A DNA stretch of 63,473 nucleotides, the filler included, from Chiloscyllium plagiosum (lineage: Eukaryota): the NCBI RefSeq assembly GCF_004010195.1. It is 4 parts of one record of this genome, joined end to end, with 100 filler letters (N's around TTAATTAATTAA, not from the genome) between each part and the next. Parts side by side here need not be neighbours in the genome. Positions count along the whole stretch, not along the records: positions 43,122 to 51,367 come from NC_057713.1; positions 51,468 to 63,473 come from NC_057713.1; 2 more parts are not named here. One strand, given 5' to 3'. Shown here piece by piece: positions 49,827 to 61,737 of the stretch. Within the stretch, counting starts at the first letter, position 1. Each line of letters starts with the position of its first letter. The notes under the pieces are model-generated. The model made no database searches. It saw only the letters and a program-made list of their open reading frames with translations, and was not told the origin of the DNA. The position numbers and the translations under genes are program-made.

Positions 49827-50609
49827 GCAACACAAGACCTAGAACAACTTTGCTTAAAACAAGGCATGCTTAATTGCTGGAGAATGTAGTTATTCCCTCA
49901 AGCTGATAAAGGAGAGGGCAAGCCAGTTCCTGGTAGCTGATTCAGACTGTCTTTCTTTTCCAGGTCCACATTCTCAGTTTTCTGATTAAAGGCTAACCCT
50001 ACTAGACAAAAAAGCCCAAAGAGCTGTGGATGCTGGAAACCAGGGAAAAAAAGCAGAAATTGCTAGAAAAACTCAGGTGTGGCTGCATCTGTGGAGGCAA
50101 AACAGAATTAACATTTAGGGTCCAGTGACTGTTCAAAGAAGATTCTGCTTTGACTGCACAATGCTGCCAGACCTGCTGAGTTTTCTGGCAATTTCCGCTT
50201 TTGTTCATGCTAGACAACCTATCTAACTACCAAAGTCCTAGTTATGTGAAAAACTAACAATTGGGTAGATATGTGCTATCATTTATTTGTTCATGTATAG
50301 CTGTTCTGCCTAATCATTAACCTCTGAATACCAGCAAGAATGACCATGTGCAACATATTATTCCTAAATGAAAAGCTACATTTTGTTTCTTTCCCAGGCA
50401 CACTTTTCTCATAGTTTCTTGTCCTACATCTTTTATTTTTATTTGTTCCAGCTTTCTTCTCTCTATTTGGATCTGGAAAAGAGAGACAGTCTGAATCAGC
50501 TATCAGGAACTGGCTTGCCCTCTCCTTTTTCAGCTTGAGGAAATAACTACATTCTCCAGCAATTAAGCGTGCCTTGCTTTAAGCAAAGTTGTTCGAGGTC
50601 TTGTGTTGC
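49827..50609. repeat. 142-bp inverted repeat (49827-49968 / 50468-50609) enclosing a family B PLE mini-element (50010-50209)
   Basis: The arms are reverse complements with few mismatches; the mini-element is flanked by CTAGACAA (50002-50009 and 50210-50217). Confidence 0.88.
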
Positions 50610-51196
50610 TATCCTAATCCTCACTCCATCCATCACTACTGCCCTCACAGATTTGACTCTTGGATAAGCCTTCAGTTATTCTCAGTACCTCTCTTAACAT
50701 ATTCTTGATCCCAGAGAAGGCTAACTGCTGGCCAGTTAAAACAGTGGGCTTACTTCAGAGTGGTGAATGTGGTTTGGGGGAAAAGGGCTTAATGTAATGT
50801 GTGAGAGGACAAAGGGGAAGAGGCTTCGCTGAATCTTGTGTCAGTGAATCTTGCAAGCTTAGTTTATATGTGTACAAAACTAATATAGTTTTAAAACTAC
50901 TTTATAAATCAAGAATTTCATATATATATTTCAAACATAATATGTAACTATAATATGCAAATCTAATTATATACTGAATGTTACGGTGCTGCTTTTGTTA
51001 TGTTTTTGCTGTTGTCTGGGGTCATTTTTAGTGTTAAAATGGTATCATATTGGAAAATGGTCCGCTAAGCTCTGCTATAGGGAGCGAGAAATGGATGACA
51101 GAAATTAAAGCACAAATATTGGAAATATGAAGCAAAATTAACAGAAAATGTTGGAAACAGTCATCAGGTTGGGTGGCATTTGTGAAGAGAGTACAT

Positions 51197-51367
51197 AGGT
51201 AAAAACAATGACTGCAGATGCTGGAAACCAGATTCTGGATTAGTGGTGCTGGAAAAGCACAGCAGTTCAGGCAGCATCCGAGGAGCAATAAGATTAACGT
51301 TTCGGGCAAAAGCTCTTCACCAGGAATACAGACAGAGTGCCTGAAGGGTAGAGAGATAAATGAGAGG
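51197..51367 (-). mobile_element. PLE pLTR (same subfamily as 19353-19491), cut by a gap
   Basis: ggtaaaaacaatgactgcagatgctggaaaccagattctggattagtggtgctgg is the reverse complement of the 19430-19490 sequence. Confidence 0.85.
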
Positions 51368-51467
51368 NNNNNNNNNNNNNNNNNNNNNNNNNNNNNNNNN
51401 NNNNNNNNNNNTTAATTAATTAANNNNNNNNNNNNNNNNNNNNNNNNNNNNNNNNNNNNNNNNNNNN

Positions 51468-53662
51468 ATAGTTTCCTTTATTCAACAGAAATATTGTCAC
51501 TACCCTCTCCCTCTCAAATTGCAGATTGTAGCTTATTGTATTATGGTCACTACTTCCCAATGGCTCCTTCACTTCGAGGTCCCTGATCAATTCTGGTTTG
51601 TTGCACAATACCAGATCCAGAATTGCCTTCTCCCTGGTAGGCTCGAGCACCAGCTGTTCTAAGAATCCATCTCTGAGGCACTCCACAAAGTCTCTTTCTT
51701 GAGGTCCAATACCATCCTGATTCTCCCAGTCTACCTGCATGTTGAAATCCCCCATAACAACTGTAGTAACATCTTTGCGAGGCCAATTTCAGCTCCTGAT
51801 TCAACTTACATCCGACATCCAGACTACTGTTTGGGGGCCTGTAGATAACTCCAAGAGGGTCTTTTTACCCTTAGAATTTCTCAGCTCTATCCATACTGAC
51901 TCTACATCCCCTGATTCTAGGACCCCCCACGCAAGGGATTGAATATCATCCCTTACCAACATGGCCACCCCACCCCCTCTGCCCGTCAGTCTATCCTTAC
52001 GATAGCACGTGTAGCCTTGAATATTCATTTCCCAGGCCCTGTCCACTTGAAGCCACGTCTCAGTTATCCCCAAAATATCATATCTGCCGATTTCCAAAAG
52101 AGTCTCCAGCTCATCCATCTTATTTCTAATGCTTCGTGCATTCATATATAGTATTTTTAATTTGTTACTGCCCTCACCCTTCCCATCAACTCCTATTTCA
52201 TTCAACCTTACAGCATGATCCCTTTTTGAGTTTTCTGCTTCATTGATACAGTTGTCTTTCTTGACTTCCCTTGTTCTAACTTTCCCTTCAATTTCCTTCT
52301 TAAACATCCAGTTTATCCCCTCCCTCTGCTACTTAGTTTAAATGCAGCTGTGTTGCAGTAGCAAACCTGCCTGCCAGAATGCTGGTCCCCAACCTATTAA
52401 GGTGCAAACCATCTCTCTTGTATAATTTATGCTTACCACAAAACATGCTTACCAGTGATCCAAGAATTTAAACCCTTGCTTCCTGCACCAGTTTCCCAGC
52501 CACACATTCAAGTCTATTATCTCCCTGTTTCTGGCCTCACCAGCCCAAGGAACTGGAAGCAAACCGGAGATAACCACCTTGGATGTCCTGCTTTTCAGCC
52601 TTCTTCCTAGTTCTCCGAAGTCCCGCTGTAGTATGTTCCTCCGCTTCTTCCCGACATCATTTGTGCCAACATGTACCACCACCTCTGGCTCTTCACCTTC
52701 GTCCTTGAGGATTTCCTGCACTCTGTCGGTGATGTCTTTAATCCTGGCACCAAGAAGGCAATACACCATCCTTATGTCCCGCATGATGCCACAAAAACCC
52801 CGGTCACTTCCTCTCACTATGGAGTCCCCTATTACCACAGCTCTGTGCGATGTCCGACTCTTCCGCTCTGCCTCCACGACAACTTTTGATTGACAGCCCT
52901 AGCCGCCTCACTGACTGGCAGTATCATCTGTCTCTACTGTTTCCAAAAGATTCAACTTGTTCCTGATAGGTGCTTCCCCCGGGGTCTCTTCCACCTGTCT
53001 CCTCTTTGCCTTCCTTATCGTCTGCTCTCTTCTGCTCTCTTCTGGTATGGTCGGTGTAATAACCTCGCTGATGGTCTTGTCCAGAAAGATCTTGTTCTCT
53101 CGGATAAGCCTGAGGTCCTCGAGTTCTTTCATCAGTGCTGCAATACGCTCTGTCAGTAGCTGAACGTGCACACACTTTCCACACTTATATGAGCCAGACA
53201 CACCAGAGTCGTTGACCTCCCACATCAAGCACGTAGCACACTGAACCAGCTTGGCAGTCATGTCTTCACCCTCTTCAACTGTGGCATGATTACTTCACTC
53301 AACCTCCTTGTCAAAGAGTCCTGAGCTAAAGCCTCACTCTTCACTCCACAGGAACTTCCTTGGACCCTCTTTTTGGGGCAAGTCTGTGGACTTTTACTTT
53401 AGGTTAGAGGAGGAGGGAGGGAGGGAGGCCCTATTTTGTCGGACCTGGGGTCTAGAACACACCCGCTCAATTAACAATCACTTACCTTCCCGACCAGCTT
53501 TGCGCTCCGACTTCACTTCCGCCCAGCACCCGCTGTTCTCTGCTGCAAAAAGACCGTTGGCATCGAGGTAAGTTCTTAAATAACAATCACTTGCCTTCCC
53601 GACTGGCTTTGCGCTCCGACTTCACTTCCGCCCAGCACCCGCCGTTCTCTGCTGCAAAAAGA
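51468..53662 (-). mobile_element. 5' half of a young CR1 LINE: tandem-repeat 5' UTR, ORF1 (zinc finger + SGNH esterase), ORF2 APE endonuclease
   Basis: ORF 52908..53261 (CATCLMW...CGKC); 52449..52877 (VVIGDSIVRG, VVVHVGTND); 51801..52307 (YMNARSI, GITETWL, RKDR..GRGGGV); 51420..51755 (GDFN, ILDLVL, SDHN). Confidence 0.93.
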
Positions 53663-54055
53663 ATCCAAACAATTGGCCATGCTTAATTGCCCATAGTGTT
53701 AGATGCATTAGTCAGAGGGAAATGAGTCTGGGTGGGTTACTCTTTGGAGGGTTGGTGTGGACTTGTTGGGCCAAAGGGCCTGTTTCCATACTGTNNNNNN
53801 NNNNNNNNNNNNNNNNNNNNNNNNNNNNNNNNNNNNNNNNNNNNNNNNNNNNNNNNNNNNNNNNNNNNNNNNNNNNNNNNNNNNNNNNNNNNNNNNNNNN
53901 NNNNNNNNNNNNNNNNNNNNNNNNNNNNNNNNNNNNNNNNNNNNNNNNNNNNNNNNNNNNNNNNNNNNNNNNNNNNNNNNNNNNNNNNNNNNNNNNNNNN
54001 NNNNNNNNNNNNNNNNNNNNNNNNNNNNNNNNNNNNNNNNNNNNNNNNNNNNNNN

Positions 54056-54775
54056 TCTCGTTCTCTCGGATGAGCCTAAGGTCCTCGAGTTCTTTCATCA
54101 GTGCTGCAATATGCTCTGTCAGTAGCTGAACGTGCACACACTTTCCACACTTATATGAGCCAGACACACCAGAGTCGTTGACCTCCCACATCAAGCACGT
54201 AGCACACTGAACCAGCTTGGCAGTCATGTCTTCACCCTCTTCAACTGTGGCGTGATCACTTCACTCAACCTCCTTGTCAAAGACTCCTGACCTAAAGTCT
54301 CACTCTTCACTCCACAGGAACTTCCTTGGACCCTCTTTTTGGGGCAAGTCTATGGACTTTTACTTTAGGTTAGAGGAGGAGGGAGGGAGGGAGGCCCTAC
54401 TTTGTAGGACCTGGGGTCTAGAACACACCCACTCAATTAACAATCACTTACCTTCCCGACCAGCTTTGCGCTCCGACTTCACTTCCGCCCAGCACCTGCC
54501 GTTCTCTGCTGCAAAAAGACCGTTGGCATTGAGGTAAGTTCTTAAATAACAATCACTTGCCTTCCCGACCGGCTTTGCGCTCCGACTTCACTTCCGCCCA
54601 GTACCCGCCATTCTCTGCTGCAAAAAGAATCCAAAGAATTGGCCATGCTTAATTGCCCATAGTGTTAGATGCATTAGTCAGAGGGAAATGGGTCTGGGTG
54701 GGTTACTCTTTGGAGGGTTGGTGTGGACTTGTTGGGCCAAAGGGCCTGTTTCCATACTGTAGGGATTCTATTCTA
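54056..54775. repeat. Direct duplicate of about 53093-53794 (CR1 5' end plus adjoining HE1 SINE) across a gap
   Basis: Collinear near-identical copy including the CR1/SINE junction, with scattered substitutions. Confidence 0.85.
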
Positions 54776-54999
54776 CTCATTTGTGAGGTTAGTTAAGAAG
54801 TTTTGGAATGTCAGTTGACTAGGGTGGTGTATATGCAGAGAAAATGTGCCTTTATCCAACTTGGGGACAAGTAAGATATCAATTTGCCAAGTATAGAACC
54901 TGTGGCACTGAAGCCACTGACAATCATCCTACCACCATTACAGTTGAGACAGATAATTCAATGGAATAGTAGAATCTGCAGCACAGAGATAGACCATTT

Positions 55000-55300
55000 G
55001 GTCACTTGTGGTGGGGTTGGCTATTGCATTATTAATCCAGAGACCCAGATAATACTCTGAGGACCTGGGTTTCAATCCCACTATTGCAGGTGGTAGAAAC
55101 TGAATTCAATAAAGATCTCGAAATTAGAGTCACGAATGAACAATTGTTGACTGTTGTAAAAACCCATCTGGTTCACTGCTCCCCTTTGGGGAAAGAAGCT
55201 GCTGTCCTTACATGGCCTGGCCTATGTGTGACTTCAGATCAATAGTAATACCCTATGGGCAGTAAATACTGGCTTGACCTCCTGTGAATGAAAATAAAAT
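55000..55300 (+). mobile_element. Old tRNA-related SINE (related copy on the - strand at about 61670-62180)
   Basis: taatccagag...gggtttcaatccca head and aaaacccatctggttcact...ggcctggccta.gtgtgact body shared with the 61670-62180 copy. Confidence 0.55.
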
Positions 55301-55444
55301 CCCAGGCTATTGTTTATTCTCTCTAAGACACTCCTCCCATTCTAACAACTATTTCCTCGCCAATCCCTAGAAATCTTTATTACTTTTTTTCTCATCTATA
55401 CCTCAAATTTTCTTTAAAGTACGTCAATATTACTTGCTTCAACT

Positions 55445-56454
55445 CAAAGTGGTCGCAGTCGTCTGGCTGTCAGTTCAGAAATGTTTTTGATGTATGGTAG
55501 TGTGTCTAGTCCTTTGGGTTGTGGCATGTCCTCATTCCGTTGTCTTTCCCTTAGGCATCTGTTGATGAAATTGCGGGGGTATCCGTTTTTGGCGAATACA
55601 TTGTATAGGTGTTCTTCTTCCTCTTTTTGCAGTTCTGGGTACTGCAGTGTGTTGTGGCCCTTTTGAACAGTGTCTTGATGCAACTTCTTTTGTGTGTGTT
55701 GAGGTGGTTGCTTTCGTAGTTCAGGACTTGGTCGTGTTGTGGCTTTCCTGTATACCTTTGTGATGAATCCGCCAAAAACGGATACCCCCGCAATTTCATC
55801 AACAGATGCCTAAGGGAAAGACAACAGAATGAGGACATGTCACAACTCAAAGGACTAGCCACACTACCATATATCAAAAACATTTCTGAACTGATAGCCA
55901 GACTACTGCGACCTCTAGGACTCATAACAGCACACAAACCAACAGCCACTCTCAGGACGAAGGACCCGATACCCAGCATGAGCAAAATCAATGTAGTGTA
56001 CAAAATCCCATGCAAGGACTGCACAAAACACTACTTAGGACAAACAGGAAGACAGCTAACGATCCGCATCCATGAACACCAACTAGCCACGAAACGACAT
56101 GATCAGCTATCCTTAGTAGTCACACACTCAGATGACAAGCAAGATGAGTTTGACTGGGACCACACTACTATTATCGGACAAGCCAAACAGAGAACAGCCA
56201 GGGAATTCCTAGAGGCATGGCACTCATCCACTGATTCAATGAACAAGCACATTGACCTGGATCCAATATACCGGCCACTGCAGTGGACAGCTGGAACTGA
56301 CAACTGGAAGCGGCAGATACAAATCACTATAAATGCCGGAGGAAACATCACAGAAGCGCTTCACAGGAGGCTCCCAAGCACTCAGGATGTCACCTAGACT
56401 GGGGACGAAATGTCTGCAACACAAATTCCCAGCTTGGCGAACAGAACCATAACA
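55445..56454 (+). mobile_element. Penelope/Poseidon-type element: inverted 5' segment (55445-about 55760), GIY-YIG endonuclease, pLTR with hammerhead remnant
   Basis: ORF 55837..56397 (LPYIKNISE, NVVYKIPCKDC..HYLGQTGR.L..RIHEH, REFLEAWHS); ORF 55444..55683 on the - strand repeats the same region; perfect 13-bp TSD ACTTGCTTCAACT (55432-55444 and 56455-56467). Confidence 0.93.
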
Positions 56455-56489
56455 ACTTGCTTCAACTATTGTAGGTGACAGAATGTTTT

Positions 56490-57200
56490 AACCTAAAGAT
56501 ACGTTAAATGAGTGAATAAAGATCTGGCAAAGGGGTATAATATGGAAAAAACCCTCTATTTTTCATTTTGGTAGGAAGATTAAAAATACAGCATGTTGCT
56601 TACATCATGAGACATTATTAAGTTCTGGGTGTCCCAAAATGAAGATTACAAAAGGCTAGTATGCAGATGCAGCAAGTAATTAGAAAAACTAATAATATGT
56701 TTTCATTTATTGCAATTGCAATTAAATACAAAAATAGGGAGGTCATCCCTTGAATGAGTTTTTCTTTAAATGACTATCACTTGGAATAGGTGGGTTGTCT
56801 TAGGAGAAAGGTTTGTGCATATGATGCTGCTAGAATTTAAAAGAGTAACGTGTGTTTTGTTTGAAATATAAAAGATGCTGAAAGTTCAATAAAGGGTGGA
56901 ATATGGAAAGGACTTTTCCTTTTCAGGGAAAATCTAGAGCTAGGGCTCACTGTTTCAAATCAAGGGTTTGCCCGTCTAAGACAGGGATAAGGATAATTAG
57001 TTTCTTAAGCTGGTTTTTGAGCCTTTGGTATTCTTTTCCTCAAAAGGGCATTGGAAGCAGACTCCTTGAATAATTTTAAGGCAGAAGAAAGAAGATTCAG
57101 AGATGTAGTAATTTGATCAACAATACTCTAATTGAATGGTACAGTAGGATCAAGGGGCTGAGTGGCCGACACCTGATCACATTTGTATGTTCGTATGTTC
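56490..57200 (+). mobile_element. Degraded CR1 3' fragment, tail-to-tail with a - strand CR1 fragment (57200-57400)
   Basis: CR1 C-terminal and 3' UTR motifs, tgtatgttcgtatgttc tail; ORF 57200..57388 is CR1-like. Confidence 0.6.
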
Positions 57201-58059
57201 TATATTCTCTTTATTCCGTGTGCAAAGAAGTGTTTTCTTATTCCATTTTTTGATCTGTTGGTGACTTCATCCCCTATCAGGTAGCCACATACTAGTGGAA
57301 GTAAATTATCCACTTTACTGAATACTTTCATAATTTTAAAGATCATTATCATGTCTTGTCTTTGTTTTCTCTTTCCTGAGAATAACATCCTCTCCTTATT
57401 GATAACTTTGTTGTAAACCTTTACTGCACTTTTCCCCGTGTCTTAAGATGATATCAATTTGCTAACACAAAGAAAATTTAATGTCATTATCATGTCTATA
57501 TTTCAGCTTGGAAAATTATACATTCAGAGGGTGCTTCAGTGCTCCCACTTTAATGTGAAGAGAGCTTTCACCTCATTCTGAAACACTCTGTCTGCTTCGT
57601 TAGAAGTCCCGCTGTTAATGCTTACCTTGGTTCAATGACTGGGTTCAGTACTTGTGTCACTTTTTTCTTTACACCAGGAGAGGCCAACTCTACATTCTGC
57701 CTCCATTTAAATCAGAGGGAGCTGGATTAATGCAGGTTTGGATTCTTGTTTCTGAATTTTAACCTTTTAATTCCAATCCAAACTGAGCCCATCTGTTTTT
57801 AGAGGTTAAAGTCACCCTCATTATGGTCCAATGCAATTATAAAATGTATTTATCTAGCAACCTATCACACAATTGCCTTTAACTTTGAGCACAGTAATGT
57901 TCTATCACTGTATGCCATTAAGAAGCGTGTAAATATGATGATCACAACAAGAATGTAATCTGAAAGCTAGACGTTAAAAGTGAGATGGCATTGACTTTCA
58001 AAACTATGTTGAAAAGCATTTACATTTGCAATGTCTGTAAGTCAAAATTATAGATGCTT

Positions 58060-58565
58060 GAAAACTTGAAAGGGTTCAGAAAAGATTTATAAGGATGTTG
58101 CCAGGGTTGGAGGATTTGTGCTATAGGGTGAGGTTGAACAGGCTGGGGCTGTTTTCCCTAGAGTGTCGGAGGCTGAGGGGTGACCTTAAAGAGGTTTACA
58201 AAATCATGAGGGGCATGGATAGGGTAAATAGACAAAGGCTTTTCCCTGAGATCGGGGAGTCCAGAGCTAGGGGGCATAGGTTTAGGGTGAGAGGGGAAAG
58301 ATATAAAAGAGACCTAAGCGGCAACGTTTTCACGCAGAGGGTGGTACGTGTATGGAATGAGCTGCCAGAGGAAGTGGTGGAGGCTGGTACAATTGCAACA
58401 TTTAAAAGGCATCTGGATGGGTATATGAATAGGAAGGGTTTGGAGGGATATAGGCCGGGTGCTGGAAGTTGGCACTGGATTGTTTGGAATATCTGGTTGG
58501 CATGGAAAAGTTGGACTGAAGGGTCTGTTTCCATGCTGTACATCTCCAAGACTCTATGACTCTAT
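58060..58565 (+). mobile_element. 5'-truncated CR1 LINE 3' end
   Basis: ORF 58095..58559, near-identical to the 21287-21892 family. Confidence 0.92.
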
Positions 58566-58794
58566 TTGTTAAAGCATCAATCGTTACAGAACATTAATTA
58601 AAACAGTTTTGCAACCTGGATGAGCATTAGTCCCAGTTCGCACCTTTGAATAAATCATTTAACTGTAAGATATTAAACAAAAGCATAAAATAGCTTCTAA
58701 TTCTAGGTGACTAATGCAAGAATACTTTGATCTTTAAATATTGTCTCAGGTTCAATCAATAATAACAGCATCAATGCCATATTCTACAGTATGG

Positions 58795-58920
58795 GATTAA
58801 AAGTCGAGAATGTGGTGCTGGAAAAGCACAGCAGGTCAGGCAGCATCCAAGGAGCAGGAGAATTGATGTTTCTGGCATAAACCCTTCATCAGGAAGGACT
58901 TTCTGGAAAGCCCTTCATCA
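58795..58920 (-). mobile_element. Family A PLE pLTR fragment
   Basis: gtggtgctggaaaagcacagcaggtcaggcagcatcc...gtttctggcataaacccttcatcagg. Confidence 0.75.
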
Positions 58921-61180
58921 CTTTCTCTTCGTAAGGGATTAAGCCAGCAACAAATTGGAATGGTCTTGCTGCAAGACACGGTGGGTATACTTACACCAGA
59001 CAGTGTACAGTGGTTCAAGAACGTGGCTAAAATCTAATTTCTCAATCTGTTAGGGATGGGCAATAAATGCTAACATTTCCAGTGATGCCTGGATGCCACA
59101 AACAAATAAAAAAGGAGTCATGGGAGAATTCCCAACTCATTATCATTCATCTACAATCAATGTAAACAGGCATGGCAGCTGTGATATGAAATAGCTTCCA
59201 GACAAGCTGACTTGGGCCAGAATTTCAGAGGAATGATCAACTCATGCAGATTGCCATTGTGTCTCTTCATTTTCATGGAAGGAGAGCTCCACGTTTCTGG
59301 GATTCTGCTCAGGGCTCCCTCAGAAATGCAGAGCCATACTTTTATTTGAAGAACCTCCAAACCCATCTGTTAGACTCCTATCTCCAAATCTCCATAAACT
59401 CCGACTCTTTGAAAAGCCTGCTTTCTGCATGATATACAGCATCAACTCTTGCTTATCCAGCATTTCTGAGACCTTAGATCAATTTTGGCTTCTGATTCCT
59501 GTAACAGCTCAAATATAAAAATTCTCATTCTTAGAATTGAAGTTGTTTATGTCTTCAGCCCTCACTATCTCTATAACCTTCATTAAGCCTACAGTCCTCT
59601 GATAGCTGTAATCATCTCATTCTGACTTTCCCTGGCTCCTTTCTATCCACAAGGAGGTCATGAGGCCATTCGGGCAAACCTTCACAAGGCAGTGGGGGCT
59701 GATAGGATTGAAACCCTGAGGAGCAGAAGACAGTGCTTTAAAGCTCAACGTCCTCACAGTCTAGATCCATAGATACATCTTTGAATGCTATATTTTACTA
59801 ACTGCACCACCAGCCTTACACCACAATGCATTTCATCATTCCATTCTGCAGAATAAAGTGGCACACTTCTGGAATTAATTGGTAGGTGAAAGACACCCCT
59901 CCCCATCCACCCATAAAAGAGAAGGAGCTTACTATAAGAGGTGCAGCAATTACTGAGCCCAAGACTGGCTGCAGCATCAAGACCATTGAAACTGACAGCA
60001 TGTACAGTCTTACTCCGCCTTCTCACATCCCACTTTCCCCTCTTCACACTATCTCTTCATTGTGGGCTGTAGCTGTTGAAAGCATGCACTCCTCCTTCTT
60101 CCCATTCTCTCCACTACATCACCACTCCTGGATATCTTTCTTCTTTCAGACACTTAAGAGCCTAAATCTAATCAGACACAATGAAAGAGAAGGAGGTGAA
60201 AGAGGAAGTGATGAGAAAAAAACAGCATTACAGTACTTGCTTTCAAACTTGAAACCATCGGCTCAGATATTGACATTGCACATACCTTTCAGGGTGGATT
60301 ACATATGTGATCATCATATGGTGGACATTTGATGTGAGTGGCCTGTGGTCAGTTTAAAGGACAAGGTAACATCAGTGCCAGGGCAAGGATGCACATGAGT
60401 TTTGATTCAGAGGACTCAAATAAGAACAATGATGGGGTGGCCTGAAGAAAAATGCTGATGTGCATCGACAACAAAGCTTATTACGTATTGGCAAGCCTGG
60501 AATAAAACTGCAGTTACTATCATAGAGAATGAAGCACCCTGGAACTAATTTGCTCTCTTTCAGGATGGCAAGATTTATTTTTCCACCACTCATACCTATC
60601 AATCAAGCATCCAGTGATGCTATCCTAGTGAAGTGGTGTAGTCTGAAGCTTTGCTTTCTAAAGGGTGGCAGAGTATACCATTCTTGGTGTTGGAAATTGA
60701 AGTGTCCTACCCAGAGCACCTTGTGTCTTTGCCATCCTTGGCACTTACTCAAATCGGTGTTGAATATTGAACAGTACTGATTCATCAGTTGAGGGGAGCT
60801 CTGACAAGCCAGTTTGCTGACCCATGATTGATCTCATGCCATGAGATTTCATAAGTTCCAGAGTTAATGTTGAGAATTCAATACCAACTCTCTCCTGACT
60901 ACATACCATTGTGTCACCTCCTCTGGTGGGTTGTTCGGTTGATTGGAGAAGACATACTCAGGGATGGGTTCGGTTGTGTCAGTGACATTGTAAAATATAA
61001 GACCATAAGGTATAGATGCAGAAGAAGACCATCAGTCCATCGAGTCTGCTCTACCATTCAATGAAATCACGGTTGACCAGATAATCCTCAAATCCACTTA
61101 CTTTCCTTTCTTCATAACTTCAGATTCCCTTACTGATTAAAGAACTGTCTATCTCAGCCTTGAATATACTTAATGACCTA

Positions 61181-61396
61181 CAGGTAGCTCTTCTAACATG
61201 CAATGTTTGTGTTCTTGTGCAACCCTGCATTATAGAAAAATTGGATTTTCAAAACAGTGCTTAAAATGGCAGTATGTAATTGCATTACAGTCAACACATT
61301 TTAAAAGTTTGCACTTTAGAAACAGTGTCCCCAGTTTGTGAATCGTGTTACAGCAAATTCCTATGAAAAAAACACACGTTATAGCAGAACGACCTG
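61181..61396. mobile_element. MITE with TA target-site duplication (Tc1/mariner-Tigger type)
   Basis: TA-CAGGTAGCTCTTCT..AACATG and CACGTTATAGCAGAACGACCTG-TA form imperfect terminal inverted repeats; inserted in a - strand CR1 tail (about 61000-61460). Confidence 0.7.
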
Positions 61397-61737
61397 TATC
61401 CTGAACATCCCTCTCTGCTAAAGAATTGATTCACGACCCTCTGAGAGAAGAAATTCTACCTGATTCTATGGGTATAACTATGTCAAACTATTGGTTGACT
61501 AGTCTGTTGGACATCTCTCCCAATTTTGGCACTAGCCCCCAGATATCAATAAAGAGAGCTTTTTCAAGATTGACAGGGTTAAAATTGCCAATGTTATTTC
61601 TGATACCTAGATTGCTGCTGGCTGGTCTGTTAGTTTAATTGCTTTCCTTAGGCATTAGAGTGGTTTGATGCCACTTGCTAGGCCATTTAAAAGGGCAGCT
61701 AAGAGTCAAACACATTACTGTGGGTTTGGAGTGACAT

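Noticed and set aside
59886..60332. 148-aa ORF in non-repeat DNA
   Set aside because: Non-ATG start, low-complexity composition, no recognisable domain or splice support.
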